Shown here: positions 1 through 10,502 of the stretch, piece by piece | Position numbering within the stretch: position 1 is the first letter of the stretch | Layout: each line of letters starts with the position of its first letter | Source: Thermodesulfobacteriota bacterium | GTDB taxonomy: Bacteria; Desulfobacterota_D; UBA1144; Nemesobacterales; JAJCZQ01 | Assembly (NCBI GenBank): GCA_965215275.1 | Contig: OZ244044.1 | Span: forward strand, 1,216,001-1,280,000 | Direction: 5' to 3' | DNA length: 64,000 bases | The notes under the pieces: generated by a model | The model's database searches: none | Seen by the model: only the letters and a program-made list of their open reading frames with translations | What the model was told of the DNA's origin: nothing | Made by a program: the position numbers and the translations under genes

Positions 1-1
1 A

Positions 2-298
2 AGTGGGACACCCAGGAGTGCATCAACAAGGACTTACACGTATACGGCAACGGACAGGAATGGAAATACGGATACATTGGATTTCATGCTCAGTGTAGAG
101 GTTACTTCTACTCCAGGACCAACACCACCACGAGGACCAAGAACGTCAGGTAGTGATTCAGGCGGAGGTGGAGGAGGATGTGCGATTTCTGATCAGAGCA
201 GCGTTGCTTCTGATATTCTCGGAGTAATTGCATGTCTGATACTTATACCTGTGTCAGTAGCTATCAGAAGGAAGAGAAGATATCAGATAAAGACGTAG
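2..298 (+). CDS. 3' end of a surface protein (5'-truncated by window): putative Ig-like repeat, Pro/Thr linker, GGGGGGC-TM-basic C-terminal sorting signal
   Basis: Frame is open from position 2 (SGTPRSASTRTYTYTATDRNGNTDTLDF...GGGGGGCAISDQ...LILIPVSVAIRRKRR). Clearly paralogous to the C-terminus of 58086..60437. Confidence 0.8.
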   Translation, partial: SGTPRSASTRTYTYTATDRNGNTDTLDFMLSVEVTSTPGPTPPRGPRTSGSDSGGGGGGCAISDQSSVASDILGVIACLILIPVSVAIRRKRRYQIKT

Positions 299-332
299 CA
301 ATGCAGTTCTTTCAAAAGCATTAAATTATTAA

Positions 333-683
333 TCAAACCAGATCAATCGCATGCCTCTTTAAATCTTCTAAAGAAAGAACTTCCAGAGCTGATGCGTGAG
401 TCGACTGAAGATACACACAGGGTGCTTTGCCCATTTCTAAAGCCTCTTTCCACCGCAGGGCACATAAACACCACTTGTCTCCCTCTTTCAATCCCGGAAA
501 ATCAAACTCAGGTTTTGGTGTGGACAGATCGTTTCCTTTGCTTTTTGAAAACTCCAGAAATTCATCGGTCATTTCCACACATACCACATGACGCCCGATA
601 TCCTGCTCGCTTGTTCTGCAACAACCATCCCTGAAAAAACCTGTCATTGGTCTGGTGCTGCATTCAAGCAGCATACCGCCCAT
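333..683 (-). CDS. DUF2237 family protein
   Basis: TGFFRDGCC, GNDLSTP..FPGLK.GD.WCLCA.RW motifs. True start may lie slightly upstream. Confidence 0.85.
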   Translation of the reverse strand: MGGMLLECSTRPMTGFFRDGCCRTSEQDIGRHVVCVEMTDEFLEFSKSKGNDLSTPKPEFDFPGLKEGDKWCLCALRWKEALEMGKAPCVYLQSTHASALEVLSLEDLKRHAIDLV

Positions 684-748
684 TACGTTTTTCTCCTTGT
701 AGTTTTTAGAAACGATCTTTTCAGTACTCCTTGCTTTTTTGTTCTCGC

Positions 749-1672
749 TTATGTTTTTGCTGAGCCGTTAGATAATTTAACCAACTGTTTTTCGGCATGA
801 TAGGAACTTCTAACGAGCGGTCCAGACTCTATATGTGGAATGCCTATTATCCTCTCACCGTACTGCTTGAGCGATTCAAATTCAGTTGGATGATAATATT
901 TCGATACAGGTATGTGGTCAACAGTGGGTTGTAAATACTGTCCGATAGTGACAATATCGCAGTTTACTGATTTCAGGTCTCGCAGGGTCTCAATAATTTC
1001 GTCATAAGATTCTCCAAGGCCTACCATAATACCCGTTTTAGTGATCAGGCCGTTATTTCTGGACCGTTCAAGGAGTCTTAGAGACCTTTCGTAAACTGCC
1101 TGGGGACGGACGTATCTTGTCTTGCCGGATTGTGATAGCTGAGGGTGACTGTACAACCTGGGAACGGTTTCCAAGTTGTGGTTCAGTATATCGGGAGTTG
1201 CCTTTATCACTTCATCAATTGCTGCATCGTCACCTTTGAAGTCCGGGATCAGGACCTCTATCTTGATATTCAGGTTACCGTACCTTACCTTCCTGACCGT
1301 TTCAGCAAAAATGCACGCACTTTCATAGTTCTTGTCATCACGGTTTACCGAGGTCACTACTATGTGCTTAATGGACGAGTTGTTCTGAGCAAGCTTTTTC
1401 ACAGCGCTTGCCACTCTTTGAGGCTCGTCCCAGTCAAGCTCGCCTCCCTTACCGGTTTTTACATGGCAGAACCCGCAACTCCTTGTGCATGTGTCGCCAA
1501 GTATCATAAAGGTCAGAGTTCCCGCTCCCCAGCACTCTCCTATATTAGGACACTTTGCTTCCTCGCAGACGGTATTCAGATTCAGGTCCTTTACAAGACC
1601 TTTCAGACGACCGTAGTTTTCCCCTCCGGGCAGTTTGGCCTTTATCCAGCGAGGTTTGGAAAGTGTTTGCAT
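749..1672 (-). CDS. lipA: Lipoyl synthase
   Basis: CEEAKCPNIGEC, CTRSCGFC radical-SAM motif, RSSYHA. Confidence 0.97.
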   Translation of the reverse strand: MQTLSKPRWIKAKLPGGENYGRLKGLVKDLNLNTVCEEAKCPNIGECWGAGTLTFMILGDTCTRSCGFCHVKTGKGGELDWDEPQRVASAVKKLAQNNSSIKHIVVTSVNRDDKNYESACIFAETVRKVRYGNLNIKIEVLIPDFKGDDAAIDEVIKATPDILNHNLETVPRLYSHPQLSQSGKTRYVRPQAVYERSLRLLERSRNNGLITKTGIMVGLGESYDEIIETLRDLKSVNCDIVTIGQYLQPTVDHIPVSKYYHPTEFESLKQYGERIIGIPHIESGPLVRSSYHAEKQLVKLSNGSAKT

Positions 1673-1681
1673 ATACGCACT

Positions 1682-2062
1682 TCAGTCTCCAGGAGTTATA
1701 AATGGAGAACCTGATGACTTCTCATACTGACCCGCACCTGGAGCCGAAGGAGCAGAGGGCGTTCTTGCCGTCCTGATATCAGAGATCTCTTTTTCAAGTT
1801 CCTTGATCCTCTTATTACTGCTCTTGATCTTGGCCCTTTTACCTGAAGAGTTGTAAATACCCATAAAAATGGAAAGAACCACTCCAAATCCAAAAGCAAA
1901 CAGCATCAAAGCGTAACTTTTAACGTAGTAAGCAGGTAGCTGGTAAATCCACAGGTCAAACTCAAGTCTGTATTCATGAACAAAAGCCTCTTGATTTTGA
2001 AAAATGACCACAAAAATAGCAATAAAGATCAGCGCTGTGAAAATAAGTTTTATATAATTCAT
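1682..2062 (-). CDS. LapA-like membrane protein
   Basis: Two TM segments with QN motif, then a coiled coil. Typical position downstream of rpsA. Confidence 0.6.
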   Translation of the reverse strand: MNYIKLIFTALIFIAIFVVIFQNQEAFVHEYRLEFDLWIYQLPAYYVKSYALMLFAFGFGVVLSIFMGIYNSSGKRAKIKSSNKRIKELEKEISDIRTARTPSAPSAPGAGQYEKSSGSPFITPGD

Positions 2063-2120
2063 TAACTCACCTCTCGTTTATAAGTAGAGATCCCTGTTTG
2101 ATAATTAATGATATTCTATA

Positions 2121-2996
2121 TCAGTGAACAATATCAACAATGTAAAATAATCCAAAACCACCTGATGAAGCAAGTCCGTTTATCCTGGACGTTAAGTTAA
2201 GCTTTGAAAACAGCAATTCTCGCAGTGGAGATTTTTTTTCAGGATAGTTAATTATCTGCGGTTCACCCACGATACCGGATTTATCGGCTGCAAACCTGAT
2301 GGCACTGCTTAAATTGCCGATCCTGTCAACGAGTTTAAGCTCTAATGCCTGCTCACCTGAAAATATCTTGCCATCAGAAATTCTCTCTATCCCGCTCTTA
2401 TCTATATCCCTGCTGGTCTGAACGGCGTTCTTGAACTGGTCGTGTACGTTGTCTATCAGGGTCTGTATATACTCTATTTCCTCTTTCTTCATGGTTCTCA
2501 GCGGAGAACCTACATCCTTAAAATCCCCGCTCTTTATAACCTCGACGTCTATCTTTGCCCACTTGAGCAAGTGTTTATAGTTCAAAAACTGTGCAACAAC
2601 GCCTATACTGCCCGTTATGGTCCCGGGATTTGCAAAAATAGTATCCGCCGCACAGGCAATATAATAACCCCCAGACGCCGCTACGGCCCCCATACTTGCC
2701 ACAACGGGTATTTCGCCTTTAATACTTCCAATTTCGCTGTAAATCTCCTGTGAAGGTCCGACTGCTCCCCCGGGGGAGTTTATTCTTACGACCAGTGCTT
2801 TTATTGCTTCGTTCTTTCTGATCCTGTCCAGGCTTTCCAGATGTTCAATAGGGTCTATTATAGGACCTTCCACGTTAAGAACTGCAATTTTATCCCCACC
2901 GCCTACCCCAAGACCGTCAGACCCTCTTTTCACGCCGATCGAGTACACGACAAAAAGAACGAATAAAACCAGCAGTGTCAATAAGATGTTTCGCAA
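2121..2996 (-). CDS. sppA: Signal peptide peptidase SppA (S49, 36K type)
   Basis: RINSPGG, AASGGYYIA, TGSIGV motifs. Confidence 0.93.
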   Translation of the reverse strand: MRNILLTLLVLFVLFVVYSIGVKRGSDGLGVGGGDKIAVLNVEGPIIDPIEHLESLDRIRKNEAIKALVVRINSPGGAVGPSQEIYSEIGSIKGEIPVVASMGAVAASGGYYIACAADTIFANPGTITGSIGVVAQFLNYKHLLKWAKIDVEVIKSGDFKDVGSPLRTMKKEEIEYIQTLIDNVHDQFKNAVQTSRDIDKSGIERISDGKIFSGEQALELKLVDRIGNLSSAIRFAADKSGIVGEPQIINYPEKKSPLRELLFSKLNLTSRINGLASSGGFGLFYIVDIVH

Positions 2997-3018
2997 AATA
3001 TTCCTCTGCTCTGTATGA

Positions 3019-4716
3019 TCAATTATCCAGAGTTTTTAATTTTTTCCCCAAGATGTCGCCAAACCTTGACTGCGGGTCCTCGTGAGAGGCAATAAACTGC
3101 GACATACTTTCCTTTTCCTGCTTTTTTTCCAGTTTCTTTATGCTGAGGTTTATCTGTCGTTTGCTTTTTTCAAAACCAATGACCAGACCCGTCACTTCAT
3201 CGCCTACGCTGTATTTTTTACTGGTATTATCAAGCGTTTCGAGTTCTGAGCTTTTATAAAAACCCTCTATTTCGTTTTCAAGTTCAACGATCAGTCCATG
3301 AGGTTTAACCTCCTTTACTTTACCAGTTACGACCGTCTCGTTCTGTCTGTATTTACCCTTTACCACTTCCCATGGGTCGGTACTCAGCTGTTTGACACCA
3401 AGGGCGATCTTATGGTTATTAGTATCCACATGAAGTAAAGAAACGTCGATCTGCTGTCCTACCTGGTCGTTGCCGTAGACGTCCGGAGGATTTATCTTCC
3501 CTTCCCATGCAATGTTTTCAGGTCTGACCAGTCCAACCAGACCTTCTTCCACTTCCACGAACACGCCGTAATCGTTTACATTTCTTATAGTGCCTGTAAT
3601 AACGCTGCCTATTTCGTGCCTGCTCCTGAAAGTTTCCCAAGGACTTTTATCGACCCGCTTCAGGCTCAGGGATAGTTTCCTATCCTCTCCGTTGATCTCC
3701 AGTATAACGACTTCCACAGTACTTCCAGCATCAATTACTTCCCTGGGATGACGAAAATCCTTTATCCAGGACAGTTCATTTACGTGTATCAACCCTTCTA
3801 TACCAGGTTCAAGTTCGACAAAGACACCAAATTCCTTAACGGAAACGACCCTGCCTTTTACCTTTGAGTTCTTCTGATATCTCTCCTTGATAGTTTCCCA
3901 CGGATTATCATCTACCCGTTTAACGCTAAGGGTAATGCGTTGTCCCTCGTCCTCTATTTTTATGACCTTCAGTTTCAGCTGCTGCTTCTCGGAAATAACG
4001 TCAGACGGATGCTTTATCCTGCCCCAAGATACTTCACTGATGGGAACAAAACCCGTTACTCCGCCAAACTCAATAAACGCTCCCTTGTCAATTATATTGA
4101 TCACTTCTCCAGAAACTATCTGATCCTCGGTCAGACCGGACAGAGTTTCCTTTCTTTTGTGTTCCCTCTCCTCTTCAAGCAGCACCCTTTTTGAAATTAC
4201 CATGCCGTTGTTATCGTTCTGTATTATTCTGACCTGAAGGGGCTTGCCTATGATGTCCTCCGGGTCCGGATGGAGATTGACCTGGGAATTTGGCAGAAAC
4301 GCCCTTATCTGCGACTTTTCGGTCATGGTGCAGATATAACCACCTTTTACCTTGTTCACGGGTACGGCGGTTACAGCGATCTTCTCTTTAAAAGAGTTGC
4401 TTAAGAATTTTTTCTCCTTCAGCAGGTCCGCTTTGCTTTTTGATATACGGGGGATCTCGGAATTAGATCTTTCGATAAAGACCTCCACTTCAGTTCCAAC
4501 TTCAATTATTTCATCTGGACCCGTATCGAATTCAGTTATCGGGACCATACCTTCTGACTTAAGTCCAAGGTCTATGAAAACAACGTCCTTATAAACCCCC
4601 ACGACCACCCCTTTGACTATACTTCCTCTTTCCTCATCTTTTTTAAGCCTGAGGTTCTCTTCAAGCATATCCTTGAAGTCCCTTTCGTCGTGTGACTGAT
4701 TATTGTCTTCTTGCAT
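3019..4716 (-). CDS. rpsA: 30S ribosomal protein S1
   Basis: Repeated S1 domains (FGVFVEL..GIEGLIHVNELSW), downstream of cmk. Confidence 0.93.
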   Translation of the reverse strand: MQEDNNQSHDERDFKDMLEENLRLKKDEERGSIVKGVVVGVYKDVVFIDLGLKSEGMVPITEFDTGPDEIIEVGTEVEVFIERSNSEIPRISKSKADLLKEKKFLSNSFKEKIAVTAVPVNKVKGGYICTMTEKSQIRAFLPNSQVNLHPDPEDIIGKPLQVRIIQNDNNGMVISKRVLLEEEREHKRKETLSGLTEDQIVSGEVINIIDKGAFIEFGGVTGFVPISEVSWGRIKHPSDVISEKQQLKLKVIKIEDEGQRITLSVKRVDDNPWETIKERYQKNSKVKGRVVSVKEFGVFVELEPGIEGLIHVNELSWIKDFRHPREVIDAGSTVEVVILEINGEDRKLSLSLKRVDKSPWETFRSRHEIGSVITGTIRNVNDYGVFVEVEEGLVGLVRPENIAWEGKINPPDVYGNDQVGQQIDVSLLHVDTNNHKIALGVKQLSTDPWEVVKGKYRQNETVVTGKVKEVKPHGLIVELENEIEGFYKSSELETLDNTSKKYSVGDEVTGLVIGFEKSKRQINLSIKKLEKKQEKESMSQFIASHEDPQSRFGDILGKKLKTLDN

Positions 4717-4853
4717 AGCAGTTGCCTTTCTCGCTTAAATTATAATTCCTAATTAAAAATTTTAAATAAAAGCCCTCAGGCGAAAATATTCATTCCACCC
4801 GTTCAGATGATACAGGAACGTTACAACAGCAGATGATAAAGCTACACAGGTCC

Positions 4854-5552
4854 CTACGTTGACGTTCCCTCTAAAGTCTTCATTATTCTGTTTACAACCT
4901 CTTTCAGGGTAAGGCTCGTTGTATCTATTATTACAGCATTATCGGACGGACGCAAGGGGGACTCTTTTCTCTCTTTATCCTGTTTGTCCCTGCTTACTAT
5001 GCTCTCTAATACCTCACTGTAAGATATTTTCTCATCGGCTCCCTTTTCTGCCAGTTCCTTAAAACGTCTTTTAGCTCTTTCTTCGGCCGTGCCGGTCAGG
5101 AAGAACTTGTATTTTGCGTCAGAAAAAACGCAGGTTCCCATGTCCCTGCCCTCGGCGACCAGGTTCTTTTTCTGCATTGCTATCCGCCTCTGCCGCTCAG
5201 CAAGATGATCCCGCACGTTTTTCAGCTTAGCAACATCTGCGGACAATAAGGTTATATCGTGCTCCCTTATCCTGCCGGTAACGTCATTGTTATTTAAAGT
5301 ATATCTGAAGCCGCTTTTTTCATCCTTTCTGATGCCAATATCAAGGCTGTTCAGAAAATCCTCCGGTGCATCATCGCTGTCACCTGCGTCCATGTTATTT
5401 TCCTTTATTGCCAAAGCCACGATCCTGTACATCGCTCCGCTGTCCAGATGAAAATATTTTACTTTATCCGCGACCATTCTTGCCACGGTGCTTTTACCGC
5501 AGGCAGCTGGTCCGTCAATAGTGATAATTACGTTATGGTTATCCATGGCCAT
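4854..5552 (-). CDS. cmk: Cytidylate kinase
   Basis: ITIDGPAACGKST, DSGAMYR, EGRDMGT. Confidence 0.95.
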   Translation of the reverse strand: MAMDNHNVIITIDGPAACGKSTVARMVADKVKYFHLDSGAMYRIVALAIKENNMDAGDSDDAPEDFLNSLDIGIRKDEKSGFRYTLNNNDVTGRIREHDITLLSADVAKLKNVRDHLAERQRRIAMQKKNLVAEGRDMGTCVFSDAKYKFFLTGTAEERAKRRFKELAEKGADEKISYSEVLESIVSRDKQDKERKESPLRPSDNAVIIDTTSLTLKEVVNRIMKTLEGTST

Positions 5553-6856
5553 TATGTTCTCAGAGCTTTAAAGGTATTAAAAAACCCCGGATAGGAGATA
5601 TTAACGCAGTCCGTGCCGCTGATGGTCGTCTGCCCTTCCGTCCTTGTGGCGGCAACGCACAGGGACATTGCCACTCTGTGGTCCCCCCAGCCTTCACACG
5701 TGGCACCCTTCAGGCCTTTCACCCCTTCTATTATCATTCCATCTTCAAGTTCAGAGATCCTTGCTCCAAGTTTTTTAAGCTCGGACGTCATGGCCTTTAT
5801 CCTGTCCACTTCCTTGACCCTTAGCTCTCTGGCCTCAGAGATCGTTGTCACACCCTCTGCAAAACACGCGGCAACGGCTATAACTGGGAGTTCGTCTATA
5901 GCTTTTGGGATCCACCTTCCTTTTATTTCAATTCCTTTCAGCTCGCTGCTTTTAACTAAAACGTCCCCCACGGGTTCGCCGCACTCCTCTCTCTGATTTA
6001 ACACCTTTATATCTGCTCCCATTCTGATCAGCACCTCTATAACGCCCGTTCTTGCAGAGTTAAGTCCCACGTTCTTTATAAGCAGCTCGGACCCTTTATT
6101 TATCAATGCACCGACCATAAAAAACGCCGCTGAAGATATATCCGAAGGTATCAGGAGGTCGGCAGCTTCGTACCCGTTATTTCCTGTAACGGTTATACTG
6201 CTATTATCCGTCTCAACGTTCACGCCGAAATACTTCAGCATTCTTTCCGTGTGGTCCCTCGTCTTCTGAGGCTCAGCTATTTTCGTCACGCCTTCTGCAG
6301 AGAGTCCCGCAAGAATCAGAGCGGATTTAACCTGAGCACTTGCAACCGGCAGCCTGTATGATATTCCGTGCAGTTTCTGCCCTTTAATGCTCAGAGGCAG
6401 GTTACCAGTGCCGTTATCACCAATAATATCAGCACCCATCAGTCCCAGTGGTTTTACAACTCTTCCCATCGGACGTCTTTTAAGATATTTATCCCCTGTA
6501 ATACCCGAGTTAAAAGGCTGTCCGCTCAGCAGACCCAGCAGCAGTCTCGCGGTGGTGCCGGAATTGCCCGCGTCTATTATTGCAGAAGGTTCCTTAAGAC
6601 CCCTCAGACCCCTGCCTGTTACTGTAAGTTCCAGATTACCGGTCCCATCGGGAGAATATCTCACGTCCGATCCAAGGTTCATAACGGCTTTCAGGGTTGA
6701 AAAGGTGTCTTCGCTGTTCAGAAAACCCCTTACTCTGGACTTTCCCTCAGCAATACAGCTCAATATAGCTGCCCTGTGGGAAATGGACTTATCTCCCGGA
6801 GGGGTAAATTCCCCGACAAAAGGGATCTTTCTACCTTGTATAACTGTCTTTGACAC
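5552..6856 (-). CDS. aroA: EPSP synthase
   Basis: PGDKSISHR, GNSGTT, SAQVKSA, RDHTERML, DHRVAMS. Confidence 0.97.
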   Translation of the reverse strand: MSKTVIQGRKIPFVGEFTPPGDKSISHRAAILSCIAEGKSRVRGFLNSEDTFSTLKAVMNLGSDVRYSPDGTGNLELTVTGRGLRGLKEPSAIIDAGNSGTTARLLLGLLSGQPFNSGITGDKYLKRRPMGRVVKPLGLMGADIIGDNGTGNLPLSIKGQKLHGISYRLPVASAQVKSALILAGLSAEGVTKIAEPQKTRDHTERMLKYFGVNVETDNSSITVTGNNGYEAADLLIPSDISSAAFFMVGALINKGSELLIKNVGLNSARTGVIEVLIRMGADIKVLNQREECGEPVGDVLVKSSELKGIEIKGRWIPKAIDELPVIAVAACFAEGVTTISEARELRVKEVDRIKAMTSELKKLGARISELEDGMIIEGVKGLKGATCEGWGDHRVAMSLCVAATRTEGQTTISGTDCVNISYPGFFNTFKALRT

Positions 6857-6886
6857 AGAGATATCAGATCAATAAATCCTGCTGAT

Positions 6887-7291
6887 CTAAGGGATTATTA
6901 TGTTGCTTTTACTGCTTTTTGCACCGCCATCGGATCTTTCGTTCTGCTTGGACTTTGCCTCTATCAGTGCAAACAGTCTGTTCTTGAAGTCTTCCTCAAA
7001 AGCACACACGGAAGGGATGATAAAGCCAAGCAGTGCTATCTGAAGAAAGTACTCCGTGTTTGCCATCAGAAACTCTTTTTCGTACCGGCCGCCGTATGCC
7101 TTGGAGAAATTTTCGTATATCTGCTGCCCTATTTCCGGAGCTATTTCCGCCACGCTTCTCAGATGACCGGCCGACTGCTGAGCAGAAACTCCCATGTTGA
7201 ACGCCATTGTGACAGAGGTCATCAGGTCCATATCCGGTGCAGAGGACCGTTCCGACTGCTCGTCTTTTTTACCATTTTCTTTTTCAGTCAC
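6887..7291 (-). CDS. Hypothetical protein
   Basis: 134-aa ORF with GGAGG Shine-Dalgarno, heading the aroA operon. No family recognised. Confidence 0.65.
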   Translation of the reverse strand: MTEKENGKKDEQSERSSAPDMDLMTSVTMAFNMGVSAQQSAGHLRSVAEIAPEIGQQIYENFSKAYGGRYEKEFLMANTEYFLQIALLGFIIPSVCAFEEDFKNRLFALIEAKSKQNERSDGGAKSSKSNIIIP

Positions 7292-7418
7292 GATTTACCT
7301 CCAGGTGTTGAAAGTGTCTTGATCGTTGCAATAAAGATCCAACCTGTATAGAGTATAATTACAGGAGCGTAATAAGTAAAACACATTTTCTTAACTTACC
7401 TGATCAACGCGGAGTTCC

Positions 7419-7916
7419 ATGAAAGCCGAGCAGCTGATAGACAGACTGGGATTAAAGCCACTTGAAACAGAAGGTGGCTATTACTTTGAAACGTTCAGAA
7501 GTGAAGAGGAGATAAAGGCTTCCTCCCTTCCGGACAGGTACGACAGCGACAGATGTCTGTCAACGGCAATTTACTATCTTTTAACGCCTGAAACCAAATC
7601 CAATATTCACAGAGTTCGTTCTGATGAGATATTTCATTTTTATCTCGGCGACCCGGTGCAGATGATACATCTAAATCCTAACGGAAGTTCCAATATATTC
7701 TTTCTTGGGAACGACATAGCCTCCGGGCAGAGGCCTCAGGTCGTGGTCCCGTCAGGAGTGTGGCAAGGAAGTAAACTCGTGGAAGGAGGGGAATTTGCCT
7801 TAATGGGAACAACGGTCGCTCCAGGTTTTAAACCGGAAGACTATGAACAGGGGATCAGGAACGAGCTGACAGAAATGTTCCCTCAGCATAAGAAAATAAT
7901 AGATTCCCTGACTTAA
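7419..7916 (+). CDS. Cupin_5 (DUF985) protein
   Basis: EGGYY.ETFRS, STAIYYLL, HRVRSDEIFHFY.G, TVAPGF. Confidence 0.9.
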   Translation: MKAEQLIDRLGLKPLETEGGYYFETFRSEEEIKASSLPDRYDSDRCLSTAIYYLLTPETKSNIHRVRSDEIFHFYLGDPVQMIHLNPNGSSNIFFLGNDIASGQRPQVVVPSGVWQGSKLVEGGEFALMGTTVAPGFKPEDYEQGIRNELTEMFPQHKKIIDSLT

Positions 7917-7994
7917 AGGTACTGCACACGCGGATTCGCCGCTAAGCCATTATTTACGACAGGTCCGGACGGATAAAAATTAAGGCCTGGTCCA

Positions 7995-8888
7995 TTAAAA
8001 GTTCATAGGCAAAACCGTTCCATCTATGGATTCCTTCAGTACCTGTCCTATGTCAGCAGGGCTTTCGGCAGTTTTAACTCCTGCCTCAGCAAGTGCCTTG
8101 AACTTGTTCTGAGCACTGCCTGAACTTCCTGATATTATGGCCCCGGCATGTCCCATCCTTTTGCCCTTGGGCGCGGTAGCACCCGCTATGAAAGCAGCGA
8201 CGGGTTTTGTGACCTTCTCGCCTATAAAGGCTGCTGCCTCCTCTTCGTCGCTTCCACCGATCTCACCAATAAGGACAATACCCGTTGTTTCGGGGTCATT
8301 TTGAAAAAGGCTCAAAGAATCTATAAAGGTCGTTCCGATGACCGGGTCCCCTCCTATCCCTATGCAGGTGGACTGCCCGATACCAAGCTCGGTCAGCTGC
8401 CATACGGCTTCGTAGGTCAGTGTGCCACTTCTGGAGATTATGCCGATATTTCCCGGCTTGTGGATATAAGCTGGCATGATCCCGACCTTTGCCTCACCCG
8501 GAGTGATAACGCCTGGACAGTTAGGTCCCACAAGCCTTGAACCGCAACCCTTAAGTGCCTCTTTTGTCCTTATAATGTCCAAAGTGGGAATACCTTCGGT
8601 TATACAGATTATCAGCTCTATTCCCGCTGCCGCCGCTTCAAGGATCGAATCCATAGCAAAGGCAGCAGGTACAAATATCAGAGACACGTCTGCACTCGTG
8701 TATTTCACCGCTTCCTCGACCGTGTTGTAAACTAAAAAACCATCAACTTCCAGGCCACCTTTGCCAGGGGTCACCCCACCTACCACCTGAGTACCGTAAT
8801 CTCTGCACTGAGCAGCGTGAAACAGTCCTTGACTGCCCGTTATTCCCTGCACTAATACCTTACTGTCCTTATTTACTAAAATGCTCAT
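7995..8888 (-). CDS. sucD: Succinyl-CoA synthetase alpha subunit
   Basis: [26 protein letters not shown]. Confidence 0.97.
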   Translation of the reverse strand: MSILVNKDSKVLVQGITGSQGLFHAAQCRDYGTQVVGGVTPGKGGLEVDGFLVYNTVEEAVKYTSADVSLIFVPAAFAMDSILEAAAAGIELIICITEGIPTLDIIRTKEALKGCGSRLVGPNCPGVITPGEAKVGIMPAYIHKPGNIGIISRSGTLTYEAVWQLTELGIGQSTCIGIGGDPVIGTTFIDSLSLFQNDPETTGIVLIGEIGGSDEEEAAAFIGEKVTKPVAAFIAGATAPKGKRMGHAGAIISGSSGSAQNKFKALAEAGVKTAESPADIGQVLKESIDGTVLPMNF

Positions 8889-8970
8889 TTTAACAACTCC
8901 CGAGTATCAAACTCTGCAACCAAGACGCATAATGATAACACAGCGATTCAGTTGTTCAACTCCTTAAAGG

Positions 8971-9840
8971 CTACTCCGCGTTCTGTATCTGTTCCCTGAT
9001 CTTTTCCAGTTCCGAACGAAGGGTTATCACCTGATGCGTTATGGCCGCATCCTTGCACTTGGCAGAGATCGTCCCGGCTTCCCTGTTCATTTCCTGAATA
9101 AGAAAATCCAGTTCCTTTCCCAGCGGTCCGCTGCCGTTCAGGGTTTCGGAAAACTTCTCAATATGGGCCTCAAGCCTGACAAGTTCTTCGGTTATATCAC
9201 TTTTTTCAGTCTGAATTGCGATCTCCTGATATAAACGATGATCATCTGCTTTCACGTCTTCCAGTAAGGTCTGCACCTTCGCTTTGAACCTCTTGAAGGT
9301 CTGTTTTGAAAAACCGTCCCTTTTTCTTTTAACCTTTTTTACCCAGAAACTGCACATCCTTATCCTTTTGGTTAGGTCCCTCTTTAACTTTCTTCCTTCG
9401 CTCTCCCTGTTCGCTTCCAGTTTTTTCAAGGCGGTGTTGAGGACCTCCTTGATCCCGTCCACGGAACGCCGGGACAGACTGCTGCCAGCACGGTTATTAA
9501 AAAGGTCCTTGAAAGCAAGCAGATGATCGAGCGTTATATCGTCTTTCATCCCCAGATCGGAAACAAAGGTCTTGAGGGCTCTGGCAAACTGCCTTCCTGC
9601 TTTTTTATCGAACTTGGTGAGAGCTGCTTTTTTGCCTTCCACTAATATCATCACGTTAAGCTTTCCTCTGGATATGCGGCCCTTGACCAGGTTTATCAGT
9701 TCGTGTTCGAACGAGCCGAGAGAGTCGGGAACGTTCATCTTGCAGTCCAAAAAACGATGGTTCTCGGACCTTATTTCAATAACGACCTTGAAGTCATCGA
9801 TCAGCTTCTCGTAACTTGCATATCCCGTCATACTTTTCAT
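8971..9840 (-). CDS. yicC: YicC/YloC family endoribonuclease
   Basis: MKSMTGY start (moved from 9927), DITEELVRL..H, LDFLIQEMNRE, REQIQN.E. Confidence 0.92.
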   Translation of the reverse strand: MKSMTGYASYEKLIDDFKVVIEIRSENHRFLDCKMNVPDSLGSFEHELINLVKGRISRGKLNVMILVEGKKAALTKFDKKAGRQFARALKTFVSDLGMKDDITLDHLLAFKDLFNNRAGSSLSRRSVDGIKEVLNTALKKLEANRESEGRKLKRDLTKRIRMCSFWVKKVKRKRDGFSKQTFKRFKAKVQTLLEDVKADDHRLYQEIAIQTEKSDITEELVRLEAHIEKFSETLNGSGPLGKELDFLIQEMNREAGTISAKCKDAAITHQVITLRSELEKIREQIQNAE

Positions 9841-10012
9841 GATCAGTTTTCTTATCCTATCCCGGTTCGCAGTCCCGTGATCTGCAGCGTGTATAGCGCT
9901 GAGCTGCCCTGTCAGCAAGCATCTCAATGGTTTTATTTTCCAAAATCATTCATCTCTGATAATATTTAACTCTTGATATTAAGCGAACTATTCTATACTG
10001 TAAACTTTCACA

Positions 10013-10495
10013 ATGAAATATCTAATAGCTTTTTCACTAATACTGTGCGCCTTTTATATCAGTGCATGCGTTAAATTAACCCAGACGGACAATTACCGGC
10101 AAAAGCCTAAAACGAAAGTTTCCGCCACCCGGGTGGTGATGAATTTCCTTGAAGCCATGAAGAACGAGGATCTTTCAGAAGCTTACGAACACGTATACGT
10201 CCTCAATTCGGACAAGGAAGGTTATATAAGCAGTGCGAAAGGAAGGCTGGGAGAATTAGGTGTCAAATTACTCAAATACGAGATACTGGGAACTCAGCTC
10301 TTTAAAAATACTGGGTCGATATATGCAGAACTTCAAATAGAACAAAAAGCAGGCGATGATGTGATAAAAAAGAACGTGAAGGTCAGATACAACCTTAGAC
10401 TGTTTGACAAAGAGTGGAAGATCACAGAGGACAGATGTATTGAAAACTGCGGGAACAACAGTAACACGAACAGTGATCAACTGAATTCAAGGTGA
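10013..10495 (+). CDS. Hypothetical lipoprotein (NTF2-like)
   Basis: Signal peptide with lipobox ISAC. FLEAMKNEDL..AY and WKI resemble NTF2-like lipoproteins. Confidence 0.6.
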   Translation: MKYLIAFSLILCAFYISACVKLTQTDNYRQKPKTKVSATRVVMNFLEAMKNEDLSEAYEHVYVLNSDKEGYISSAKGRLGELGVKLLKYEILGTQLFKNTGSIYAELQIEQKAGDDVIKKNVKVRYNLRLFDKEWKITEDRCIENCGNNSNTNSDQLNSR

Positions 10496-10502
10496 CAGTT
10501 AA

